Assembly (NCBI GenBank): GCA_019749895.1
Contig: JAIEPG010000005.1
Coordinates: forward strand, 73,371 to 137,370
Direction of reading: 5' to 3'
Length of the DNA: 64,000 nucleotides
Source of the DNA: Candidatus Babeliales bacterium
GTDB taxonomy: Bacteria; Babelota; Babeliae; Babelales; RVW-14
Under the pieces are notes generated by a model. The model had not been told where the DNA came from. It saw only the letters and a program-made list of their open reading frames with translations, and made no database searches. The translations under genes were made by a program, and so were the position numbers. Shown one piece after another: positions 28,688-38,952 of the stretch. Numbering within the stretch: position 1 is the first letter of the stretch; every line of letters begins with the position of its first letter.

Positions 28688-30260
28688 GAGAAATGTGCGA
28701 CGTTATAACACCAAAAAAATACAACCAATAATGCCACGCAAAAAGTATGATAAATGGCTCAATAGGCAAGCGCATGCGCGCATAACCCCCAGCCAAGGCA
28801 ATTACTATAAAAAAGGCCATGAACGGCAGCACCCTGCCAGTGACACACACCATTGAAACGCGGCGCCGAAAAACTCCCGTGAGCACAAACAAAACAAAAC
28901 CCAGTAGCATAAACAACATAGTTAAAATTTCTGTAAAAATTACTACGCGCAACCATAATTTGTCAGTCGCTGGAAGTACATAGCGCTTGATCATAGAAAG
29001 CAACGAACGGTCTGGCGCAAAGTAATCAAACTCTGGCCGGCCCGACTCAAGATACAAAAGCTCTGCTGAATATAATGAAAATTTAGTGCGAAACATATCA
29101 GTAAGCCATAACTTGAGCGAAGTCAACGGATACTGCTTAAAGTAGCTTATCGCTAACTTTTCCTGCATTTGGCAATGCTCATATTCGTTTGGTTTTCGGT
29201 GATATTCCTTTTTAAAAGCATGCTCTTTCTTGCGCACTTTTTTATGTACCACTTCGCGCGCACGCTCATATGAAATATGTTGCTCATGCGCAACCACACG
29301 CGCCGCAGAAAAATATAAAAAATGGCCTCCGGGCAGTGAGTGTAAAAAAAGATGGCCCACCAACATATAATTGCGTAACAGCCAAAATGAAACAGGCACA
29401 ATCCAAGCAATCACAAACAAAAGACTCTTCGCACATTTTTCGCGCCAGTAATCATGCGATAAAAAAATCATGATTATAGAAAGAGGCAAAAGATAATGCC
29501 CCACCGGCCGCACCATTGAAGCAACACCTAAAAAAAAACCAGCCCATGCCAAGCGCTGAAACACGTGCTGGCGGCACTCAAAAAGTTTTTTGTCAGCACG
29601 CGTCATGGTGTACATATTTTCAACATCTTGGCCATACATCTTTTCGTAAAGCTCTAAAAAGGAGGCGCCGGTACACGCTGGACGCGGCAAAAACAATGAG
29701 CTCGCAATCTTGTTCATCCAATTTTTTTCAGGTGGCAACGAACCATTTTCAGGGCTCGAGCAAAAAAAGAGGTGATTGACTGGCAAAAAAAATAATACGA
29801 AAAGCAAAAAGAAAAAGAGAAATAATGTTTCGGTCATAAAAAAGCCGGCATACAAAACCAAGCCTAAATGCACCGCGCTATAAAGCGAAGCCACACGCGC
29901 TAGCAATAACATTTTGGGAAAAAGCGCAAGGCTGAGTAAAAAAATAAGCAGGGGCAAAAGACTCGCAATAAAAACCTGAAACCAAAGCGCCGTGGTTTTT
30001 TCTTGTCCAAAAAGAGCATAGTGCACTGCCAAAAAAACTGGGTAACCTGGAACGCGATAAAAAGCTGGCCTGCCATCTGCATTTGCAACACCCTTGCCCG
30101 CTACAATGCTGGTTGCCAACTGGTGGTACGTGGCAGAATCAGCTTGCCAAAAGCGATTCTCTTTGCTCAAATAACAACAAAAAACAAGAGCTCGTACAAT
30201 AAACGAAAACAAAAAAAGAATCGTCAGAAATTTTTTTTCTTTTTTTAATATTCCTATCAT
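28674..30260 (-). CDS. GT-C membrane glycosyltransferase, ArnT/PMT_2-like
   Basis: ADSATYHQLATSIVAGKGVANADGRPAFYRVPGYPVFLAVHYALFGQ. Polytopic. It overlaps the downstream paralog by 14 nt. Confidence 0.7.
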   Translation of the reverse strand: MIGILKKEKKFLTILFLFSFIVRALVFCCYLSKENRFWQADSATYHQLATSIVAGKGVANADGRPAFYRVPGYPVFLAVHYALFGQEKTTALWFQVFIASLLPLLIFLLSLALFPKMLLLARVASLYSAVHLGLVLYAGFFMTETLFLFFFLLFVLFFLPVNHLFFCSSPENGSLPPEKNWMNKIASSLFLPRPACTGASFLELYEKMYGQDVENMYTMTRADKKLFECRQHVFQRLAWAGFFLGVASMVRPVGHYLLPLSIIMIFLSHDYWREKCAKSLLFVIAWIVPVSFWLLRNYMLVGHLFLHSLPGGHFLYFSAARVVAHEQHISYERAREVVHKKVRKKEHAFKKEYHRKPNEYEHCQMQEKLAISYFKQYPLTSLKLWLTDMFRTKFSLYSAELLYLESGRPEFDYFAPDRSLLSMIKRYVLPATDKLWLRVVIFTEILTMLFMLLGFVLFVLTGVFRRRVSMVCVTGRVLPFMAFFIVIALAGGYARMRLPIEPFIILFAWHYWLYFFGVITSHISHEQH

Positions 30261-30281
30261 TGGTCCTCCGTTGTTTTGTTA

Positions 30282-31304
30282 TTACACTACCCCGCACTGT
30301 TCATGAACCTGCTGAGTTGTTGACGCACTCAATGTGCGCATTGTTTCCCACGCGAGAGCCGATGACAAAATAGTTAATAAATCTGAATAGTGCGGCTGCC
30401 AACCCAAAACATTTTTTATTTTTGTTGGATCAGCAAGTAAAACTTCAGCATCTCCCGGGCGGCGATCCAAAACCTGAATATTTGCTTTTTTATTACACAA
30501 AACTTCAGCGGCATCGATAACTTGCTTTACCGTGTAGCCAAGCCCGGTGCCCAGATTAAATACTTCTGATTGGGCGCCGCTCCTTAAATATTTTAGGGCC
30601 AGCACATGAGCTTGCGCAATGTCTGCCACGTGAATGTAGTCACGCAAGCAGGTACCGTCTGGTGTGTTGTAATCGTTACCAAAAACAGTAACTGGTTCAT
30701 TATTTTGAATTGCTTGCAACAAACGCGGAATCAAATGCGTTTCTGGTTGATGATGCTCACCCAAATGCACGTCTGGCAAAGCCCCTGCAGCATTGAAGTA
30801 GCGTAATGAAACGTAGCGTAAGTCGTAAGCGGCGGCATAATCTTGCAACGCCCACTCAACCATGAGCTTGTTACGACCATAAGGACTTACCGGCATGGTT
30901 GGATGCAATTCGTCCATGGGCATGCGCACGGGGTTGCCGTACACAGCACAACTTGAAGAAAAAACAATTTTTTTAATATCATGCTCGAGCATAAGCCTGA
31001 GCAGCTTGAAAACATTGCCAACATTATTTTCATAAAAATCGGCAGGTCGAGTGACCGATTCACCAACTTCAATAAACGCAGCAAAATGCATAACCGCTTC
31101 AATTGCGTACGTTTTAAAGATATTGACAAGAGTTTTTTGATCACTAAAATCAGCCCTCACCACCGTAGCCCAAGAAGGGTCAAAGGTTTGGTGCTGTACA
31201 TATGAATCTACAATAACAACGTGATAACCCTGTTGAGCCAAAAAATACGCTGTGTGAGAACCAATGTATCCCGCCCCACCAGTCAACAAAATTGACTTTT
31301 TCAT
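30282..31304 (-). CDS. galE: UDP-glucose 4-epimerase
   Basis: LLTGGAGYIGSH, the SSSCAVYG / YGRNK (YxxxK) motifs, and a 340-aa SDR-extended architecture. Confidence 0.9.
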   Translation of the reverse strand: MKKSILLTGGAGYIGSHTAYFLAQQGYHVVIVDSYVQHQTFDPSWATVVRADFSDQKTLVNIFKTYAIEAVMHFAAFIEVGESVTRPADFYENNVGNVFKLLRLMLEHDIKKIVFSSSCAVYGNPVRMPMDELHPTMPVSPYGRNKLMVEWALQDYAAAYDLRYVSLRYFNAAGALPDVHLGEHHQPETHLIPRLLQAIQNNEPVTVFGNDYNTPDGTCLRDYIHVADIAQAHVLALKYLRSGAQSEVFNLGTGLGYTVKQVIDAAEVLCNKKANIQVLDRRPGDAEVLLADPTKIKNVLGWQPHYSDLLTILSSALAWETMRTLSASTTQQVHEQCGVV

Positions 31305-31431
31305 TACGCACTCCTTAAACTCTTATCAGAATTAACAACAAAAAGAGCGTACTAGATTTTTTTATAAAGGCATAGGACCCATCATCGAAAAAAAAATATT
31401 CACCTTCTCCCTCCTCCTCTTTTTTACTTTT

Positions 31432-32088
31432 ATGTCTGAGATCGTACTGCCTGCAGCAAATCCAGAACCAAAGGTTAGCCACGTTGACAACCATGAACTA
31501 GCTATGACGTTTATTGAAAAGCTTCTTGAAAATCATGATAAACTTAACCAACTCTACGAAGAAACTTTTTATCTTCCCCCGTTGCATTATGCCACTATTC
31601 AAGGCAAGCAAGATCTGGTAATACAACTTCTTGAACAAGGCGCCAATGCAAACCTACCTGATTCTTACGGCCGAACTCCTTTAATGTGGGCCGCCATGTA
31701 CGCTGAGCATCATATCATCAATCTTCTTATTTTAGATTACCAAGCAGATATGTCGGCAGTTGATAAAATGGGTCTTAGTGCCTTACATTATGCAGCACAT
31801 ACCTTGTCCTTGATAAAGATTCATCAACGATGTGAAACTATTGGTTTATTGATATCATATGGAATTTTAGAAAAAATTTCGCAATCAACACCCCTCTTGC
31901 CCTTTTTAGAAAAAAATAGAGTTCCTCAAGAAATAATAGAGTTCATAAACAACCCTACGCTCCTCATACCCAAAAAGCCCCGCAAATCGAGCAGCTTTAA
32001 GAATCTCAAAAACCTCCTACCAAAGCCACCATTTGGTGGACATAAACGCTCTAAGAGTGGTGCTTTTATCGATGTCGAACCAAAATAG
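31432..32088 (+). CDS. Ankyrin-repeat protein with a basic C-terminal tail
   Basis: PPLHYATIQGKQDLVIQLLEQGANANL, RTPLMWAA and LSALHYAA motifs. There is no clear RBS, so the start is uncertain. Confidence 0.7.
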   Translation: MSEIVLPAANPEPKVSHVDNHELAMTFIEKLLENHDKLNQLYEETFYLPPLHYATIQGKQDLVIQLLEQGANANLPDSYGRTPLMWAAMYAEHHIINLLILDYQADMSAVDKMGLSALHYAAHTLSLIKIHQRCETIGLLISYGILEKISQSTPLLPFLEKNRVPQEIIEFINNPTLLIPKKPRKSSSFKNLKNLLPKPPFGGHKRSKSGAFIDVEPK

Positions 32089-32174
32089 CTAAAACTCCCT
32101 CTTTGAATTTTTTAACGATTTGTAGTACTTTTTATACAAAGTAGGCCCATTAATACGCTTGAACAAGGAATGCT

Positions 32175-33416
32175 ATGATTGCTCGTGTCCGTGGAACCGA
32201 AGATCTTTTAGATCTAACGCTGTACAACTTTATTGTCGGCAAAACACAGGAACATTTTGGTCGTCACAATTTTAACCAAATTAGCACGCCCATTCTTGAA
32301 AATACGCAGCTCTTTGTGCATTCGTTGGGAACAGGAACCGACGTCGTTTCAAAAGAAATGTATATTATTGACGGCGATCAAGACAACAGCATTTGCTTGC
32401 GACCAGAGGTAACGGCAGCCACTATTCGCGCCTGTTTTGAAAACCGCATTGACCGCTTTCCCTGGAAAGTGTTTAACATTGGGCCCATGTTCCGACGCGA
32501 GCGCCCACAAAAAGGTCGCCTGCGTCAATTCCATCAAATTAGCATTGAAGTTATTGGCACCAGCGCAATTGGCCAAGATGCGCAGTTTATAAAAATGCTC
32601 GATACCCTCTTTAGTAATGTTTTCAAATTAGAAAACTATGCGCTCAAGATTAACTTTCTTGGTTGCGCAAGTGACCGTGCAACGCACAAAGAAAAACTAA
32701 TCGTTTTTTTGAACAGCCTGATCGACCAGATTTGCCCAACCTGTATTGAGCGCAAAGATAAAAATACGCTGAGAGTTTTTGATTGCAAAAACGAAACATG
32801 CAAAAACTTGTACACAAAAGCGCCACGCTTAACCGATTGCTTATGCAGCACCTGCGATCAAGAATGGCAAACGCTACAAACATTGCTCCAATTTACCAGC
32901 GTTAATTATATTATCGACACCAATTTGGTACGCGGTTTAGATTATTATAACCGCACCGTCTTTGAATTCTTTTCTAAAGACCTGGGCGCGCAAGATACCT
33001 TTTGCGGTGGGGGGCGCTACAGCCTGGGCCGAGAAGTTGGCGCAAAAGAAGATTATGAATCAATTGGCGCTGCAATGGGCATTGAGCGCCTGCTCTTGCT
33101 TCTTGAGCCATTACAACACCAACTCGCACTTACTCAACCACCGGTTCTGCATGTTATTTTGCCGTTGGCAAATGAGCAAGATGCACTCGCACTGTTGCTC
33201 GCAAATACGCTCCAACAAAATAAATTGGCTACTGACATTATTTTTGAAAAAGCCTCAATGACCAACATGCTCAAAAAAGCAAATCGTACGGGCGCTAAAT
33301 ATGTATTGGTATTGGGAGAACAAGAACAACAAGATGGCACTGTCACCATAAAAAACATGATGACAGGCCAAACTGAAACCGTTAAACAAGCCGAAGCTGT
33401 CAATTTTTTAAAATAA
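32175..33416 (+). CDS. hisS: Histidine--tRNA ligase
   Basis: RGTEDLL, RPEVTAATIRA, FRRERPQKGRLRQFHQ (motif 2) and GGGRY (motif 3), plus a C-terminal anticodon-binding-like domain. Confidence 0.9.
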   Translation: MIARVRGTEDLLDLTLYNFIVGKTQEHFGRHNFNQISTPILENTQLFVHSLGTGTDVVSKEMYIIDGDQDNSICLRPEVTAATIRACFENRIDRFPWKVFNIGPMFRRERPQKGRLRQFHQISIEVIGTSAIGQDAQFIKMLDTLFSNVFKLENYALKINFLGCASDRATHKEKLIVFLNSLIDQICPTCIERKDKNTLRVFDCKNETCKNLYTKAPRLTDCLCSTCDQEWQTLQTLLQFTSVNYIIDTNLVRGLDYYNRTVFEFFSKDLGAQDTFCGGGRYSLGREVGAKEDYESIGAAMGIERLLLLLEPLQHQLALTQPPVLHVILPLANEQDALALLLANTLQQNKLATDIIFEKASMTNMLKKANRTGAKYVLVLGEQEQQDGTVTIKNMMTGQTETVKQAEAVNFLK

Positions 33417-33422
33417 AAAAAT

Positions 33423-34082
33423 TTATTTCTTACTTTGTTTGAGATAACTTTGAATGTAAAGAATCTTTTTGAGCTGGTTGTCAAAACCAAAGCAATAACG
33501 CGAGAAACTCACATTAAGATCACGCGTAATGTCTTTGACGTATTTTTTAACAAATTTTATCTTTTTTTCAATCAGCTCTAAAACGTTATCTGAATCTGAT
33601 TTTTCAACGATGACTTTTGAGTTGGCATCATCAGACAAGAAATACAAAAGTTGAGAAGCTTCGTGCTCAATCTCTTGAATCAACATATCAAGGCTTGCGG
33701 TATACTGCGCAATACTTTGCTCAGAACGTTCATACTCTTCTTGATCAACTTTAACCGTGCCAGCTTTAATGAGTTCGTTAACTTTAGTTTTGATCAATTC
33801 ACTTTTTTCTAAAGCTAGATTCTTTTTTTCAATCACTTCTTCATGCAAACCATGCAGCGCCGTAAGCGCTTCAATAATTTTTACACGAAGTGGCTCTGCA
33901 AGAGCACTTTCCATAGTCAAAAGCTTCTTGCCTTCTTGTTCTAAACGAGCCAAAAAAGCTTCGCGTTCTGCTTTTTTTTCTTCATCTGTTTTGGGGTTCT
34001 TATCATGGTCAGCATTCTGGTCCAGAAGATTAGTACCCTGCTCAAGATTCTTTTTTTCAGTATCAATCATGATATCGTCCAA
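33423..34082 (-). CDS. Hypothetical coiled-coil protein
   Basis: 219 aa and rich in E/K/L with heptad-like stretches. No family was recognised. Confidence 0.55.
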   Translation of the reverse strand: MDDIMIDTEKKNLEQGTNLLDQNADHDKNPKTDEEKKAEREAFLARLEQEGKKLLTMESALAEPLRVKIIEALTALHGLHEEVIEKKNLALEKSELIKTKVNELIKAGTVKVDQEEYERSEQSIAQYTASLDMLIQEIEHEASQLLYFLSDDANSKVIVEKSDSDNVLELIEKKIKFVKKYVKDITRDLNVSFSRYCFGFDNQLKKILYIQSYLKQSKK

Positions 34083-34657
34083 TTGTCCAAAAAATTAACA
34101 AAAAATATCTCCCAATTTGCAACACAAACTAGTCTAACTTTTCAATCAAAAAATAGCAAAGGCCATAACACATTAAATTAAGGCATTTTTAGCCAAAAAA
34201 TCGATTCCTTGATTTTATCAAAAGATTTCAGTCATACTAACTGTAAATTCAAAAAACAGGAGCAAATATGGTTAGTTTACTTGACTAGATCAACAAAATT
34301 ACTCAGAAAAAACCTTTACTTGAAACGTTTAACTAAAAAAAAAGATTTACTCCAAACTGTCACAAAAACAATTACATCAAAAGAGCCAAACAGCCTGTTA
34401 AACTAAGGTTTTTTAGACAATAACGCAACACTTACCCACAAAGGTGTTAGTAAGTACCCTCCACGCATGCTCATATGTTCGTACTGAACCCATTAAGAAC
34501 ACATTGTTCCAATTTAGGACAAGGCCAAAAAGAGCGTCTCAATGATCATTTAGCGCAAGTTAACATAATATACAAAGTTGCGACGCAAATTTTTGCGATC
34601 TTTAATTGTGCGAAAAGAGTCAAAAAAGCAACTTTCTAAAAGAAAAAAATGTTTTTC

Positions 34658-34686
34658 TTGGCAAGAAGAATTTATCTTCTTGCCAA
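34658..34686. other. Perfect 12-bp hairpin (ttggcaagaaga-attta-tcttcttgccaa) just upstream of a candidate promoter
   Basis: Read directly from the sequence. No T-run follows on either strand, so it is not a classical terminator. Confidence 0.6.
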
Positions 34687-34688
34687 CC

Positions 34689-34716
34689 TTGACGCACAGC
34701 CGCACCTTGCTACACT
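34689..34716 (+). promoter_or_regulatory. Candidate promoter TTGACG-N16-TACACT for the M16 peptidase gene
   Basis: The hexamers were read directly. It lies 67 nt upstream of the ATG at 34783. Confidence 0.35.
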
Positions 34717-34782
34717 TTTACTAGGGTCGTTCAGCATTTTCTTGCATTGCATAGCAATAAAAATTTGTTAGGGATAAAAACC

Positions 34783-37566
34783 ATGAATCTACGCTTTTTA
34801 CTATTTTCATTAGTTTTATTAGCACAAGTACCACTTTTTGCGGCGTTAACTACTGAATCTGAATCTCAACAATCAGTTGATGCGTGGCTAGAAAAAGCAA
34901 AAGCAAAGATTTCTAAACAAGTTTTGCCCAACGGCCTTACGGCAATCCACTACCCACTGCCCAACAGCAACAAGGTTTATGTCAGCGTTACCTACAATGC
35001 CGGCGCAAAAAATGAGTTACCAACCGAGCATGGCTTGGCACACATGGTTGAGCATATGATTTTTAAAGGCACTGAAAAAATGTCTGAACGAGACTTAGAT
35101 GCCATTGCCGAAAAATTTTGCATCGGTGGTGTTGGGACTGGCTTTAACGCTGGAACTTATTATGATATCACTAACTATTACTTTAAGACGGACAAAAACA
35201 ACTGGCCCGTTTTTGTTGACTTGCTTGCTGATTGCATGGCAAACGCTTGTTTTAAAGAACACCATTTTGCTTCAGAAGTAAAAGCTGTTGCCCAAGAAAT
35301 AAAAATGCGTAATGCTCGCCCTTCTACGTATGTTTTTGATATTTTGGGGCAAGAGCTTTTGCCGCCAAATCATCCGTACAACCACTCACTTGGCGGTGAT
35401 TTAAAAACATTACTTAATGCAAACGCACAGGACCTAACAAAGTTTTATCAACGCCACTACGCGCCAGCCAATGCCCTGGTTACTATTGTAGGCGATTGCA
35501 AGGCAGATGAAGCTTTTGCACACATTCAAGCCGCTTTTGGTGCAATTGAAAACCCACATTTCAAACAAGAGGCTCCTGCCATCAACCCTGTCCAAACCGA
35601 CTTTGTTCAAAAAAGCACAACTATCTATAAACCAATTCCCAACCCATTAGTCCGCTACTGTTGGATTATCCCGGGTGATTTATATAAAAACGAAATAGCA
35701 GCTCATGCACTCAGCTACGCCCTTTCACTGCGTTTTGAAAAAAAAATAAAAGATCAAAAAGATCTTGTTTATTCAATTGACACAAGCCCAATAACATTTA
35801 ATGAAGTTGGCTATTTTATGATCAGCTTCGAGCCCAAAGAAAATGCCAATGGCCTGCAAACTAAACGTTGCAAAGAGGCAATTGAACACGAGCTACACAA
35901 AATTATGACCAAAGGGATTACCCAAGAAGAACTTGCGTGCTTTAAAAAAATTTCGATAACATCGGCACTTAAAGCTTTTGATAGTGCTCAAAGTGTAGCA
36001 AACCTGTTTGAACACAATTTTTTTAAGTGCCGTAATGAGTTTGAAGTTTTTAATGACATTGCCGCTATCGAAAATTTGACACAAGACGCCATCAAAGAGT
36101 TTTGTACAAACCATTTGCAAACGTATCGTATGCATACCTTTAGCGTTATGCCACTTCTTGAGGAACAAAAAGAAACCTGGCAAGCTTTGCAAACTGCTTT
36201 GGATACGTATGAACAAGCTTCACTGGCGCACAAAATACGCGACAGCGAAGTTGAACAACCCCGCCTTTCAGACCAATTGCCAGAACCCAAACTGTTAACG
36301 TTAACGTACGAACATCCCGACAAAAAAATTACCCTTTCAAACGGCCTGGACGTTTATATAAAATATCGCGATACCAGCCCATTTGTTTATGCAAGCCTAA
36401 GTTTTAAAAATAGTGAGGAGCTTGCAATTGCACTGCAATACAACAATCAGATGAACGCTGCGCAATTTGCAGTAAATCTACTCAGTGAAGGAAGCCAAGG
36501 GTACTCAAAACAAGACCACCAAGCGTTCTTTGATTTGCTAGGAGCATCATGGAATATGAGTTATGGTCGCGGTTCTTTTTCATGCCTACCGGAAGATTTA
36601 ATAGCGGTAGCCAACCGTTTTGTGCATATTTTAACTCAGCCAACCTATCCAGAAAATATCTTTACTCAAGAGCAAGCAAGCGCCATTGACCGGATTAAAC
36701 AAGCACAAGAAAGCAGCTTTTATCTAGCACAAAGCACCTTGCAACAGCACTTGTTCCAAGAGTATCCATGGATAAAAACTGATGAGCAAACCATGCAAGA
36801 ACTGGCAGGTATTCAGCGTGATGATCTATTTGCTTTGCATAAACGCTTTGTAAACCCAACGCTTATGTTTTTAACCGTTGTTGGTAATTTTGACAACGCA
36901 ACAATTATTGAACAACTGGAACAAGCCTTTAGTTCTTGGCAACCAATTCAAACGATTGATGTAACAGCAGAAACCCCAAGCGTGCCAGATATCAACAACC
37001 CACCAGCAACGTCGCTTCATAAATTTTTACCAAAAGAACAAGTTGCCCTGGTTGCCGGACGCATTACCACTACATTTGATACCGACGACCGTTTTTGCCT
37101 AAAATTACTCGAACTTTATTTAAATAAATGTCTTTATGAAATTCGCGAAAGAACAGGGATTTTTTATTCTTGCAGTGGATCGTTAAGTTCAACTTCATAC
37201 CTAACCAAAGGTAACAGCTGCATTGGTACCCTTGTTTCAATCGATAATGTTGAATTAGCACAAGAAGCAATCAAAAATGTTTTACAAACAATTTCTACCA
37301 ACGGCATCGACGAAAAAAATCTTGCAGTTGCAAAACAAAATTATCAAGTTACTCTAGCTAAAGGCTTCTCTACTAACGTTTCGTTAGCCGAAAGCTATGC
37401 GTCGCTGATACAAATAAACATGCCGTGGACACATTATGACGATTGCATTGAACGCGTACACCGTCTTTCATGTGATGACGTTAATCGCGTTGCAAAGGAA
37501 TACTTAGATCCGGCAACTTGGAGTTTTATTACCGTAGGAAGGATTTACAACAATGCTCGTGCCTAA
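34783..37566 (+). CDS. M16 (pitrilysin/insulinase) family zinc peptidase, double-unit, secreted
   Basis: An inverted zincin HxxEH motif is present (HGLAHMVEHMIFKGT). Signal peptide MNLRFLLFSLVLLAQVPLFA. The length of about 927 aa fits two M16 halves. The ORF opens at 34747. Confidence 0.85.
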   Translation: MNLRFLLFSLVLLAQVPLFAALTTESESQQSVDAWLEKAKAKISKQVLPNGLTAIHYPLPNSNKVYVSVTYNAGAKNELPTEHGLAHMVEHMIFKGTEKMSERDLDAIAEKFCIGGVGTGFNAGTYYDITNYYFKTDKNNWPVFVDLLADCMANACFKEHHFASEVKAVAQEIKMRNARPSTYVFDILGQELLPPNHPYNHSLGGDLKTLLNANAQDLTKFYQRHYAPANALVTIVGDCKADEAFAHIQAAFGAIENPHFKQEAPAINPVQTDFVQKSTTIYKPIPNPLVRYCWIIPGDLYKNEIAAHALSYALSLRFEKKIKDQKDLVYSIDTSPITFNEVGYFMISFEPKENANGLQTKRCKEAIEHELHKIMTKGITQEELACFKKISITSALKAFDSAQSVANLFEHNFFKCRNEFEVFNDIAAIENLTQDAIKEFCTNHLQTYRMHTFSVMPLLEEQKETWQALQTALDTYEQASLAHKIRDSEVEQPRLSDQLPEPKLLTLTYEHPDKKITLSNGLDVYIKYRDTSPFVYASLSFKNSEELAIALQYNNQMNAAQFAVNLLSEGSQGYSKQDHQAFFDLLGASWNMSYGRGSFSCLPEDLIAVANRFVHILTQPTYPENIFTQEQASAIDRIKQAQESSFYLAQSTLQQHLFQEYPWIKTDEQTMQELAGIQRDDLFALHKRFVNPTLMFLTVVGNFDNATIIEQLEQAFSSWQPIQTIDVTAETPSVPDINNPPATSLHKFLPKEQVALVAGRITTTFDTDDRFCLKLLELYLNKCLYEIRERTGIFYSCSGSLSSTSYLTKGNSCIGTLVSIDNVELAQEAIKNVLQTISTNGIDEKNLAVAKQNYQVTLAKGFSTNVSLAESYASLIQINMPWTHYDDCIERVHRLSCDDVNRVAKEYLDPATWSFITVGRIYNNARA

Positions 37567-38947
37567 AAACTTTCCCGTAACGTGCCACACCAACAACGTA
37601 GGCCCTGGCTCAACCTTTGTTGCCATTAACGGCAAAACTACCAACGGTAATACTTTTATTGAGCAAGCGCTTGAGCAAGGTGCCACCGCCCTAGTGGTTG
37701 AACATCCATTTAAAGCCTGCGAATTTTTAACTAAGCATCACAATACAACTATTACCATTTCTATGGTTCCCAACGCGCGCAAAGCGCTGGCAACGATGAG
37801 CAGTAATGCGCTTGGCAACCCTGCTTCTCAGCTAAAAATTATTGGCGTTACTGGCACCAAAGGTAAAACAACAACAACGTATCTGATTGAACACATGCTG
37901 CGCACCAGCGGCTACAAAACCGCCATGCTTTCCGGCGTTGTTAACAAAATTTTAGATCGCGAAGAGCCAAGCACACTGACCACACCAGAAAGCGATTACC
38001 TGCATATGTTTTTTGCCGAATGCGTAAAACAAGGTGTTGACTATGTGGTTATGGAAGTTTCTTCTCACGCGCTCAGCCTGTTCCGCACACACGGCATTAC
38101 GTTTGAAGCAGCAGCATTTACCAACTTAGCAATTGAGCACATGGATTTTCACCAAACGCTTGAAGATTATTTTGCAGCAAAAATGATGCTCTTTGAGCAG
38201 ATAAAACCAAACGGCACTATTGTTATTAACGCCGATAATGAGTGGGGCATAAAAGCCCTTGAACAACTCGCTGGTAAAAATCCTGTTACAAGCTCACTAC
38301 AAAACGTCACTATTGCGAACAACAACCTTGATGGGCTTGCAGTTACGCTTGATGGAATCACGCTGGCAACAACCATGCTTTTTGGCACGTTTAACGCACA
38401 AAATATTTGCCAAGCGTACACGCTGTGCAAACAGTTGGGCGTCAACACGCAAACCATGCAACGAGCACTAGCAAGCTTTCCTGGCGTACCAGGCAGACTG
38501 CAAGGACATAAACTTGCCAACGGCGCTTACGCGTTTGTTGATTATGCACATAACGGTTCGTCATTTGAAGCAGTGCTGAGCACGCTACGCCCACTCACCA
38601 AGCATTTGATTGTGGTGTTTGGCTGTGGCGGCAACCGCGACAAAACGCGCCGCACACTGCTGGGCCAACGCGCAGCTGAGTATGCCGACAGCATAATTTT
38701 GACTGACGATAACCCTCGCTTTGAAAAAAGCGAAGCAATTATTAACGATATTGTACAAGCAATTCCTGTTGAAAAACGTGATCGCGTTGTGTGTGAGCCA
38801 AACAGACACTTAGCACTGGCCCGTGCAGCCGCTCAAGCAACACCAGAAAGCATTATTGCTATTTTGGGCAAGGGGCATGAAACTTCATATATCGTTGAAG
38901 GAACAAATTATTCCTTCAACGATTTTAAAGAAATCCAGCAATTCTAA
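37553..38947 (+). CDS. murE: UDP-N-acetylmuramoyl-L-alanyl-D-glutamate--2,6-diaminopimelate ligase
   Basis: GVTGTKGKTTT P-loop, the DNPR motif (LTDDNPRFE), and a Mur ligase three-domain length. It overlaps the preceding gene by 14 nt. Confidence 0.85.
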   Translation: MLVPKNFPVTCHTNNVGPGSTFVAINGKTTNGNTFIEQALEQGATALVVEHPFKACEFLTKHHNTTITISMVPNARKALATMSSNALGNPASQLKIIGVTGTKGKTTTTYLIEHMLRTSGYKTAMLSGVVNKILDREEPSTLTTPESDYLHMFFAECVKQGVDYVVMEVSSHALSLFRTHGITFEAAAFTNLAIEHMDFHQTLEDYFAAKMMLFEQIKPNGTIVINADNEWGIKALEQLAGKNPVTSSLQNVTIANNNLDGLAVTLDGITLATTMLFGTFNAQNICQAYTLCKQLGVNTQTMQRALASFPGVPGRLQGHKLANGAYAFVDYAHNGSSFEAVLSTLRPLTKHLIVVFGCGGNRDKTRRTLLGQRAAEYADSIILTDDNPRFEKSEAIINDIVQAIPVEKRDRVVCEPNRHLALARAAAQATPESIIAILGKGHETSYIVEGTNYSFNDFKEIQQF

Positions 38948-38952
38948 AAATG

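Noticed and set aside
34209-34406. A 65-aa ORF in the long intergenic gap.
   Set aside because: It has a non-ATG start, no RBS, and a low-complexity Lys/Leu/Thr-rich composition typical of random AT-rich sequence.
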